Translations under genes and position numbers: made by a program | Notes under the pieces: model-generated | Seen by the model: the letters and a program-made list of their open reading frames with translations, nothing else | Told to the model about the DNA's origin: nothing | Database searches by the model: none | Shown here: positions 55,551 to 64,000 of the stretch, one piece after another | Position numbering within the stretch: position 1 is the stretch's first letter | Layout of the letters: every line of letters starts with the position of its first letter | DNA from: a virus | Taxonomy: Duplodnaviria > Heunggongvirae > Uroviricota > Caudoviricetes | Length of the DNA: 64,000 nucleotides | Direction: 5' to 3' (one strand) | IMG/VR virus record: IMGVR_UViG_3300013426_000013 | Coordinates: 125,580 to 189,579 of that record

Positions 55551-57974
55551 TTATTTTGAACTGAAGTATTTATCAAAATTTTTCAAAACAAATTCTTTAA
55601 CATTACTAATTTTCTGACCTGTCCTTTTTTGAATAGCTTCACAAACAGCTTTTAAATAAAGTCCATTTGTTTTTAAAGCTTTTGACAAACTTAAAGATTT
55701 TCCTTCTTTCTCATTGTCAATTGCTTTTTTAGCTAAAGACGACGATGCTTTTTCTAAAGGTTTGTCTTTGTTCAAAAAATCGTAACTGTCACTAGATTTT
55801 AATTGACCAATATCATTAGACACGCTATCAGCAATGTTAACAAGGTCATTAAAAATTTCTTTTTTCTTCTTAACGATTGTTGCCTTGTTTTCAGCGTTGT
55901 TAATGGTATCTGATTTCTTATCAATTTTCTTCTTCTCAATGTTCTTAAATAAATTCTTTTTGACATCTACTTTTCCCGCTGTTTGTACAGTTTTAGTAGA
56001 AGTTGCTTTCTCGATTTCTTGTTGAGTATATTTCTTAATTGCATCTTTTACCAATGCTTTGACATGTGGTTTGCTTGCAAAATCTTTTAACTTTTCTTCT
56101 GCACCATCAACATTGTTTTTAACATCAGAATAATATTTTAATAGGTTATTAAAGATTTCAGCATTTGATTTTAAAATATTAAACTGGATAATATACTCTC
56201 GCAACTTCTCTTCAGTTGTTCTATTAATACTATCAATAAAAGACTGTTTACTATCTTTATCTTTAAAATAATCAGCATCTTCAACAGCCTTTAACAAATC
56301 TTCACGTGATTTACGAATTGACTTTAATTTTGAGTTAAACGTATCTTGAATTTTGTTTGTATCAAACTTTTTCAAGTTCAAATCTTTTTTATCTTTTAAT
56401 AGATTGCTAAATTCAAATATTTTTTTATCAATAACATCTTTTGATTTTGATATTGAATCAGATACAGATGTTACTTCGTTACTAATGCCTTTAGCACGTT
56501 TCTTTAAATTATTTCGTTTAGTGCCGTTTTCTCTTTCTTTTTTATGAATATCTGCTAATTTAATTTTCTGATCAGCTAGAAAGTCACGTCGCTGCTGCCA
56601 TTTCTTTAGCAACTCTTCTTTTTTACTTTTAAACTGTTCAGCACTTTTACGATAATTTTCAATTTCTTGTTTGCTATAATTTGGATTGCTGTTTAAATCA
56701 TTACTTAACGCATAATCATACCAACGCAAATCCTTTTTTAAATTATAAATATATTTATCAATTTCATTTACATTTGCATCTTCGCTTGGTTGATTTCTTG
56801 TATCAACAGCAACATTATCATGATTATCATACCAATGTCTGGTATTTAATCGATTGTTTAAACGAATCTGTTCTTCACGCTTTTTTAAACGCTTAACTTC
56901 ATATTTCAAATTATCAATCGTTTTCGTCTGCGTTTTAAGATTTGCAATATTTGAACGCAAGTTTTGAATCTCTGCGCGTATTTTATAAACAGACTGCACT
57001 TTTGTCCTGATATTCTTTATTTCTTTTTCACTTTTATCTTTAGGAATATCAATAACAACTTTTCCTTTAACAACCTTCAAAATTCCTTGTTTTTGCAAAT
57101 CAGATTCTTGATTTTTAACTTTTGTTGTTAATAGAGATAATTTTTGTGCTTTTGCTTTTATATCTTTTTGAACATCTTTATTAGCTTTCTGCGCAGACAA
57201 CAATGCATTTACAGCGTTTTGATAGTCTTGCTTCGAATATTTAACACGATGTTTTGCCCAATATTCTTTGCGTTGTTCTGGAGTACCTGAATATAATGGC
57301 TTTTTGATATTATATGCATCAAGTTTTTTTAATAGGCTACCGTCATCTACTAAAAGTGTGCTTTCTTCATCTGTTCCAACACGAAGCTTTTCATTACTAT
57401 TATTATCTAGAGTCCCCAACAAATAATAAATAACATTGACAATATGTTTACATACCCCAATGTCATGGTCTGGATTCTTTGTAGCTTTATGGCTTCCGGT
57501 TTTTTGTGAAGAAACCCATTGTAAAGGATCAATAATGTTCCACGATTTAATTCCTAAAGATATTAATTTGGAATGTGGAATCAAAATGTTTTTATCAGCA
57601 GAAATGTAGTAATAAAAGAAATGTGGACAATTACAATACACAAAGCAATCATAATTCGTCGTATTTGGGTATTCTTCATCGACTTCACTTCCATTATTAC
57701 TAGCACGACGTTTAGAAGATTCTATAAACATTAAAGCAACAGTAAAGTTTTCAACAAAATCAGTTGTTGCTTCCGTTTCCATTCCATCATAAAGAATATG
57801 TTTTGATTTAACACCACAGACAAATGTAAAAGATTTTTTGCCATTTACAACCCTTTTTTCTAGAGTCTCCAATGTAACACTATCATTGAAATCAAATTGC
57901 AAATGACCTTTAGCTAATGAGTTTAAATCACTGCCGTCTTTTATCATTTCATCTATTATGCTATATAAATTCAT
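55551..57974 (-). CDS. Large protein with SWIM-like zinc finger and long coiled coil
   Basis: FVYCNCPHF...GVCKHI followed by Lys-rich coiled coil. Confidence 0.65.
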   Translation of the reverse strand: MNLYSIIDEMIKDGSDLNSLAKGHLQFDFNDSVTLETLEKRVVNGKKSFTFVCGVKSKHILYDGMETEATTDFVENFTVALMFIESSKRRASNNGSEVDEEYPNTTNYDCFVYCNCPHFFYYYISADKNILIPHSKLISLGIKSWNIIDPLQWVSSQKTGSHKATKNPDHDIGVCKHIVNVIYYLLGTLDNNSNEKLRVGTDEESTLLVDDGSLLKKLDAYNIKKPLYSGTPEQRKEYWAKHRVKYSKQDYQNAVNALLSAQKANKDVQKDIKAKAQKLSLLTTKVKNQESDLQKQGILKVVKGKVVIDIPKDKSEKEIKNIRTKVQSVYKIRAEIQNLRSNIANLKTQTKTIDNLKYEVKRLKKREEQIRLNNRLNTRHWYDNHDNVAVDTRNQPSEDANVNEIDKYIYNLKKDLRWYDYALSNDLNSNPNYSKQEIENYRKSAEQFKSKKEELLKKWQQRRDFLADQKIKLADIHKKERENGTKRNNLKKRAKGISNEVTSVSDSISKSKDVIDKKIFEFSNLLKDKKDLNLKKFDTNKIQDTFNSKLKSIRKSREDLLKAVEDADYFKDKDSKQSFIDSINRTTEEKLREYIIQFNILKSNAEIFNNLLKYYSDVKNNVDGAEEKLKDFASKPHVKALVKDAIKKYTQQEIEKATSTKTVQTAGKVDVKKNLFKNIEKKKIDKKSDTINNAENKATIVKKKKEIFNDLVNIADSVSNDIGQLKSSDSYDFLNKDKPLEKASSSLAKKAIDNEKEGKSLSLSKALKTNGLYLKAVCEAIQKRTGQKISNVKEFVLKNFDKYFSSK

Positions 57975-60900
57975 TTGTTAAAGACCTTTAAAGGAATCTT
58001 CGTATGTTGTTGACTTTGTTTGTCGGTCAACAAAGATAACGAATATATTTCTGCATTCTTTTTAATTCGTTCAGCATCTTTACCTTCATTGGCTTTAAAA
58101 TAACTTTCTAAAGTCATAGTAACTTTATTTGTATTCAACCGCAGAAGCATATCTTTATTTGACCCAACACGTTGAAGAACTCTCTCTACAAAAAGTTTCA
58201 ATTGTCCTTCTTTCTCTTTGTCTAAATCGCCCTTAACAAATTGCTTCCAGAAATCAATGCTTTCAACATTTTTAACTGTTAAATCGTGTAAAACCGTATC
58301 AGTATAGAAAGGTGACGAAGTTTTAACGTTATTGTGTTGTTTACCGACATTTGTCAACGAATAAATATTTTCATTTTCAGCTGTTGTGTTCAGATTATTG
58401 ATTGTAGTAATAAACTTCTTTGACTTTTCAAAATAATCACTGTCATCTTTTTTGATGATATCAATCAAACTCGCAACCTGATCATTTGTAAATGTTGTTA
58501 ATACTGATAAATCAAACTTGCTACTTTTGCTTGAGTCAATAAAATCTATAATCTTCTTTTTAGATTCATCGTCTAACTTAAAGCTCTTTGTCCATGCATT
58601 TAAGAATATTGGATTCTTCTGCTCATTATCGAACACTGAAATCTTTGTTTCTTTTTCCAAATCATCAGGATATTCTTTTTTGAACGCATCAAACATTGAA
58701 ATTTTCCATGTTGAATATATATTCTTTAAAAACATACTTGTTAATTCATTCATACCTTCATCTTGCACGGAATCAAAATCAACACCTGCAGATTCTAAAT
58801 CTTTATCTGAAGGATTTGTACGTTTAATTTCAGCATTAATATAACCTTTAAGCTCTTTCTGCAACTCTTTGTAATTTTCATACAAAGTGGTCATTTCATC
58901 AAATTTAGCAAGTAACCATGTATATTTGCTTCCTAACAAATCACTACTGTTAATAATACTTTCCATAGCATGAATACGGTCTTCTTTTGAAGAATGTATA
59001 ATTCCAGTAACAATTTTAATGTTTTGTACCAATTCTTTTCCACGATTACTTTTGACACTTCTTTCTAATGCTGAAATAAATGCTTCAAGGCTACCTGTAA
59101 TATCAGACATTCTTGTTTTATAGTAACTGCTTAAGTCACGCAAACTATAATCTTTTCCGTTGATTCTATTATACAAAGTAGCTACTTTTGTAGCTTTATA
59201 CCCTGTATAATCAAGCAGTAACTGTTTAATTGCTTTAACAAAACATTCTTTAAAGTCTTCGTATGAATGTGTACCTTTGAACTTTTCTTGTTCAGTACTC
59301 AAATCAAAACCAAAACCTTTTGCGATTTCATTACGCATCTTCCAAATGTCGTCATCGGACGCATCTGTATACAACAAAGTATTAAGAAATGAGTATTCAT
59401 ATGAATCTTTTAATTTATCAAATTGTCTTAAGAAAGATTCTACTGAATTTCTTGTTGATGCATTATTTTTGAATGCGGATGACGTTTTTATTTCAGTTGT
59501 ATCTTTATCTAATTGACTATAATCAGCATACGCATCTTGAATGTTTCCATACAAGTTTTCTGTATTGCCAGCCTTAACATTACCAAAAATTCTTGAAAAT
59601 GTTTCTGACACACCTTTCGCGTTTCCATAATTCTTTAATGCAGAGAACAGAATTGATTTCGTAGTAAAGTCAAAAGGAACATCAGCAACTTTTGTTACAA
59701 ACTCTTTCAAGCGAACAGTCATTTTGACACCTTGAGTTAAACGCTTTTGACTCTTTGCAACTTCACGAAGTTCATTATATTCATCTTCCATAATCTTCGG
59801 ATAAATGTCAAAATTGATATACTGACACAAACGTTTCCAATCTTCTTCTTGAGCGGAATCTACATTCTTTTCATCTTCATGTCCTGAATACAATTTAATG
59901 TATTCATTAATATTTTTCACCTTAAACTCTTGACCTTCATCAGAATCACCATCACGAGTTTTAAGACTTAAATGATATTTATTGTCTTTAAATTTTTCAT
60001 GCATGTTTTGCAAAATATTCTGACAATCTTTCAACTTTTCTTGTAGAATACGCAAATCATACAAATTTGATGTTGCCGGTAATAAAGATTCTGGCAATCT
60101 AAAGTATGTATTTAATCTGTCTAACAACCCATTGTACGTTTCTGTTCCAAAAGCATACGGGGAAATTAAATTAACAATACTTTGTTTTTCAGCGGGTAAC
60201 CAAACACCTCCAGAATAACAACTATTTTCAAAACCAAATTTAACAACGTTTGCAACATCTGTATACAAACTATGATCACCTTTTTCATAACTTGCTTTTA
60301 CAGATGCTAATTCAGCTTCTTTGTTCTTGCAGAAATCTTCAACGGATTCAAAAACAATATTTGAATTTAAATCGTATGAACAAACAACTTGCTCTTCTTC
60401 AGAATCAGTTTCTTTATAAAACACTTGGTTTATAAAATTAACTACAGGCTTAATATGTTTTTCACCAGCATTGTCATATACATAAAAAACTGTAGCACCA
60501 TTTTCTGTAGTTTCAACATATATCTTTGAAGCCCACGTCTTTGACCTATTTGCACCGACCTCTTCAACACGTTTTTGAACATTACCAATTACTTCACTAC
60601 GTAAATTTTCAAGGTTTTCATTTCGTTCGAATGTTAAAGCTTCAACTTGCGCACCAACAAGCTCATTGTTTTTAGGAATGTTTGTAATAACGACTTGCGC
60701 AATGTAGTTATCAAGGTTTTTGAAGTTTACAGTGCTACCAATTTCAATTTCATTATCAATAACAATACCTTGATAGTCTTGAGTTGTTAATATCTTTTCA
60801 CCAGCATTGTTAATATACTGCATATTATCTAAAAAGTAGCGCAGCTTTATGTTTAACGCAACTGCATAATGAACAAACAATTCATTTAGTGCGAAACCTT

Positions 60901-63490
60901 CAGCATTATCTTTCTTGACATCTACCCAACTTGACCCACTGCTGCACAATACTTGCTTAATCCAATCTTTGTGACTTTCGATTGATAATTTATTTTCATC
61001 AAAATCTTCAATTTCACTCTTAACAAATGAAAAAGCAGGAATAGCACGTTCAATGTCAAGAAAACCTCTTCTCATATGAATCTGATTATCATACTCTGAA
61101 CGTCTAATATTTCTTTCGTATTCTTTCTCTAACCACTGATAAATCTTCCATGCAGACTTGCTCTTCATATACTCTGACTTATCTGGCTTGCCAGGATACT
61201 CTGTCTTCATTGTGATTGCAAAGACTTGGAATAGATTGTAATCTTCATCAATTTTAATTTCAGACAGTTTCCCATTTTCAATATATAAATTTGGTGCTGC
61301 AACAATCCACTTATATACATTTTCTTCAGAATCTGAATTACTACTTCCTTCAACAGTATACAGATATAATTTATCAGACAATGCTAAAGGTTTATCATTC
61401 AAATGTACCTTTTCACTTGTTTTGTCATCAGCTTTAAACAAGAAATCCCCAAAGAAACCACTCGACAATTCACCACCAATTGTAGCGATATAAAAACCTG
61501 TTAAATCTAAAGATTTAACTTCAAAGTCTTCAGAAATTTTTACTTGCGCAATATGTACAACGCAACCGTCCAAAGATTTTTCTTCAGCTAAATCTTTGAA
61601 TTTATATGAACTACCTGATTTTGTAATTTCAGCAACAAGTAAAGTTTGTTCATCTTTATTGCTTAAGCTATTAAAATAATCTGAACATTTTTTTACATAA
61701 TCTTTTACATTTGCTGTTTGCTTAAAGATGTAGAAATATGACAAATCGTTAACAATGCCTGATTCTAAAATTCCACTTGAGCTGTTTTTAATAAAATCTG
61801 CAACATCGGCACTGCAAGCAACATACATTACAGAAAACTTTTTAGCAGGTTCGTTTGTTGCCACAGGAATCTTATACAAATTTTCTGTAGAGTTTCCTTT
61901 TCCGTTGCTATCTATTTTAATAGGTTTGTTAAAAATAGATGCATTTGGAATTTGACATCTGTACTGATAGACAGTTTTAGGTTGTGTTAAAGTTAGAGTA
62001 CGAACAACCTTATACTTTTTATTATTGTCAATTGCATCTTTAATCTTTTCGTCGGATAATTGAGTGACTTTGCCATCTTCATCAAGATATCCAAAAAAGT
62101 ATGACAAATAAAAAGGTATCAAATCTTCGAAGCCAGCAGCACTTTTTGACCGTGACGTCTTTTCACCACGACCAAATGGATAATATGTTTTAGCTGCTGA
62201 ATCTAAAGTACCTAAACCTTTAACACCAAATGTTGTTGTTGTGTTGCGCAACTCTTTTGCTTCATCAACAGCTTTAACAAATGAATCTTTTAGTAAATTT
62301 CCGTAATTGTTAATTTGAGTGTTAATAAAATCAGATTTTAAAGACGGAATGACAACACCATCATCAGACAATTTCCCAGCCGGTGTCAAACCTTTCGCAG
62401 CAATTGCATCACTGCCTTTTAAGCTGGCATCTGCATCTTCACTCTTTTTATACAAATGCCCTGATTTTGTTCGAATCAACGTAACTTTAGATTCCGCTTC
62501 AACATAATCATCAATCTGTTGTTCCAAAACACTGTCATCAGGAATATTTGTTTCACTATCAGAATCCATAATATCATCAATTGTTGAATCTTCTGGAATC
62601 TGATCTAATTTAATTGTCCCATCAAAATAATCTTCAGACAAAGCAACAGACTCTGTAACTTTCATCTGACCTTTTTCATTCCGAACTTCAACTGTTCCTA
62701 TAGCATTTCTATCAGAAGGTTGTAAAACCTGCTCACTATTTTCAATGTCAACAAGTTCACCACGTTCATTTCGAACTTCAACCTTAACAATTGAATCGTC
62801 AACTGTAGTATCATTACCTAATTGTGACACAGCATTTGCTTCAGAAAAATCAATGCCACAAAGTTTATAAAACTCATGACTCTCTTTTGCTGCTCGAATT
62901 TGCTCTTTAGTCCAATCAGCAAAGTCGGCAACCCACCAATCTTTTGGATTGTTATAGAAATATTTGAAACTTTTCCAAATTTCTTCAGGGACCATTTTAT
63001 AAAAATAATGATAGTCTTCATTTACACCTAGAGTAGGGTCAAAGACATCACCATCTTTATCTACAAAGAATCCATGTGGGATTAAATCAATATAAACAGG
63101 TGTAAAATCGTTATCTAAATCTTTTTTAACTTTTTCTAAATCATTTTTATGAACGATATAACCTGTTACAAGTTTTAACTTTTCAGGCATATATTTCGTA
63201 GCAAAATCAATTGTATTCAACCAACAACCGTGTTTGATTGACAAATAATTAGAAATTTCAGGTTGAATAATTGAGCCAAATTTATGATCAACAGTAATAG
63301 CGAAATCAAAAAAACCAGGCAAAATATTATTATCAAATTTGTCTGCCAATTGACGGTCTGATAATCCTAATTGTCTAAACTTTTCTTTATATGTATTAAA
63401 CATTTTTTTAAAAATATCTATTACATACTCTTTTTGCGTTGTATCTAATGCTTCTTCAGTTTCAAAGAGTTTTTTTGTTTCACTAGACAT
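57971..63490 (-). CDS. Very large (1839 aa) probable virion protein with N-terminal papain/transglutaminase-like motif
   Basis: GCWLN...VTGYIV...PHGFFVDKDGDVFDPT. Confidence 0.65.
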   Translation of the reverse strand: MSSETKKLFETEEALDTTQKEYVIDIFKKMFNTYKEKFRQLGLSDRQLADKFDNNILPGFFDFAITVDHKFGSIIQPEISNYLSIKHGCWLNTIDFATKYMPEKLKLVTGYIVHKNDLEKVKKDLDNDFTPVYIDLIPHGFFVDKDGDVFDPTLGVNEDYHYFYKMVPEEIWKSFKYFYNNPKDWWVADFADWTKEQIRAAKESHEFYKLCGIDFSEANAVSQLGNDTTVDDSIVKVEVRNERGELVDIENSEQVLQPSDRNAIGTVEVRNEKGQMKVTESVALSEDYFDGTIKLDQIPEDSTIDDIMDSDSETNIPDDSVLEQQIDDYVEAESKVTLIRTKSGHLYKKSEDADASLKGSDAIAAKGLTPAGKLSDDGVVIPSLKSDFINTQINNYGNLLKDSFVKAVDEAKELRNTTTTFGVKGLGTLDSAAKTYYPFGRGEKTSRSKSAAGFEDLIPFYLSYFFGYLDEDGKVTQLSDEKIKDAIDNNKKYKVVRTLTLTQPKTVYQYRCQIPNASIFNKPIKIDSNGKGNSTENLYKIPVATNEPAKKFSVMYVACSADVADFIKNSSSGILESGIVNDLSYFYIFKQTANVKDYVKKCSDYFNSLSNKDEQTLLVAEITKSGSSYKFKDLAEEKSLDGCVVHIAQVKISEDFEVKSLDLTGFYIATIGGELSSGFFGDFLFKADDKTSEKVHLNDKPLALSDKLYLYTVEGSSNSDSEENVYKWIVAAPNLYIENGKLSEIKIDEDYNLFQVFAITMKTEYPGKPDKSEYMKSKSAWKIYQWLEKEYERNIRRSEYDNQIHMRRGFLDIERAIPAFSFVKSEIEDFDENKLSIESHKDWIKQVLCSSGSSWVDVKKDNAEGFALNELFVHYAVALNIKLRYFLDNMQYINNAGEKILTTQDYQGIVIDNEIEIGSTVNFKNLDNYIAQVVITNIPKNNELVGAQVEALTFERNENLENLRSEVIGNVQKRVEEVGANRSKTWASKIYVETTENGATVFYVYDNAGEKHIKPVVNFINQVFYKETDSEEEQVVCSYDLNSNIVFESVEDFCKNKEAELASVKASYEKGDHSLYTDVANVVKFGFENSCYSGGVWLPAEKQSIVNLISPYAFGTETYNGLLDRLNTYFRLPESLLPATSNLYDLRILQEKLKDCQNILQNMHEKFKDNKYHLSLKTRDGDSDEGQEFKVKNINEYIKLYSGHEDEKNVDSAQEEDWKRLCQYINFDIYPKIMEDEYNELREVAKSQKRLTQGVKMTVRLKEFVTKVADVPFDFTTKSILFSALKNYGNAKGVSETFSRIFGNVKAGNTENLYGNIQDAYADYSQLDKDTTEIKTSSAFKNNASTRNSVESFLRQFDKLKDSYEYSFLNTLLYTDASDDDIWKMRNEIAKGFGFDLSTEQEKFKGTHSYEDFKECFVKAIKQLLLDYTGYKATKVATLYNRINGKDYSLRDLSSYYKTRMSDITGSLEAFISALERSVKSNRGKELVQNIKIVTGIIHSSKEDRIHAMESIINSSDLLGSKYTWLLAKFDEMTTLYENYKELQKELKGYINAEIKRTNPSDKDLESAGVDFDSVQDEGMNELTSMFLKNIYSTWKISMFDAFKKEYPDDLEKETKISVFDNEQKNPIFLNAWTKSFKLDDESKKKIIDFIDSSKSSKFDLSVLTTFTNDQVASLIDIIKKDDSDYFEKSKKFITTINNLNTTAENENIYSLTNVGKQHNNVKTSSPFYTDTVLHDLTVKNVESIDFWKQFVKGDLDKEKEGQLKLFVERVLQRVGSNKDMLLRLNTNKVTMTLESYFKANEGKDAERIKKNAEIYSLSLLTDKQSQQHTKIPLKVFNK

Positions 63491-63538
63491 AGTAATAATA
63501 CTTTCTTTTATTAAACGATTACAAATTTATTTATGATT

Positions 63539-64000
63539 TTACATTAAATAATTTTCATCATGTTTGATACTTGATGCAACAACTAAATTTGTAAAAGGTT
63601 CTTCAGAAGTTGTTCCATCAATATAATTTACTTCAACTTTTGAAGGTTCATCTTCAACAGACTTTCCAACCACACCTACATTAAAATCAATCTTTTCTTC
63701 TGAATTATCATCATCGGAATCAGAAGAAGTATTATCAGAAACAAGTGAATCACCCAAAGAATCACCAATATCGCTAGACAAAGCGGAATCAAGATTAAAA
63801 TCAGAGGTGCTAGAAGAGTTGCTATCAAGTTCAATATTGGCATCCTCACCATCTTCTTTTAAACCTTTTCCCATACTCATAATTTTATTAAATTGTTCTT
63901 CAATACCCATTTCTCTTAATACAGTAGCACGAAGATCATCGTTTACTTTGATAACATCTTTTTCTTTTTTCTTTTGTTGTTTTTTCATTGGCGCTAAAAC
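63539..64000 (-). CDS. Acidic hypothetical protein, possibly extending beyond the window
   Basis: Asp/Ser-rich ORF at the right edge. Confidence 0.6.
   Translation of the reverse strand, partial: VLAPMKKQQKKKEKDVIKVNDDLRATVLREMGIEEQFNKIMSMGKGLKEDGEDANIELDSNSSSTSDFNLDSALSSDIGDSLGDSLVSDNTSSDSDDDNSEEKIDFNVGVVGKSVEDEPSKVEVNYIDGTTSEEPFTNLVVASSIKHDENYLM

Noticed and set aside
50247-63490. Inteins or introns in the sheath or the 1839-aa protein
   Set aside because: No C/S...HN splice motifs or LAGLIDADG blocks seen, and the frames are uninterrupted.

Overview
This is a 64-kb AT-rich (about 30% GC, estimated by eye) segment of a large or jumbo myovirus genome. The host is most likely an alphaproteobacterium, because the phage carries GcrA and GapR/DUF2312 homologs. 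The right third is a minus-strand contractile-tail module: sheath, two tube-like genes, chaperones, a probable tape measure, a baseplate wedge and large virion proteins. The remainder interleaves tail-fibre/adhesin genes with sigma70-promoter-driven accessory islands (tdk, dNMP kinase, ThyX-like, glutaredoxin, M15 endolysin, lipoproteins). Two systems stand out. (1) A six-cassette tail-fibre shufflon at 19.9-25.6 kb, with six copies of a 20-bp site (AACTTTCAATTTRCCTAAYT) inside the tail-collar TFNLPN motif and an embedded serine recombinase. (2) An operon of seven radical-SAM enzymes (6.2-16.1 kb) next to a candidate substrate ending CYSDCHSNCYDSRGRR. There is also a ~380-nt structured, tmRNA-like ncRNA candidate at 16.75-17.13 kb and a doubly disrupted tail gene at the left edge. 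All family assignments come from motif recognition; no database search was run.
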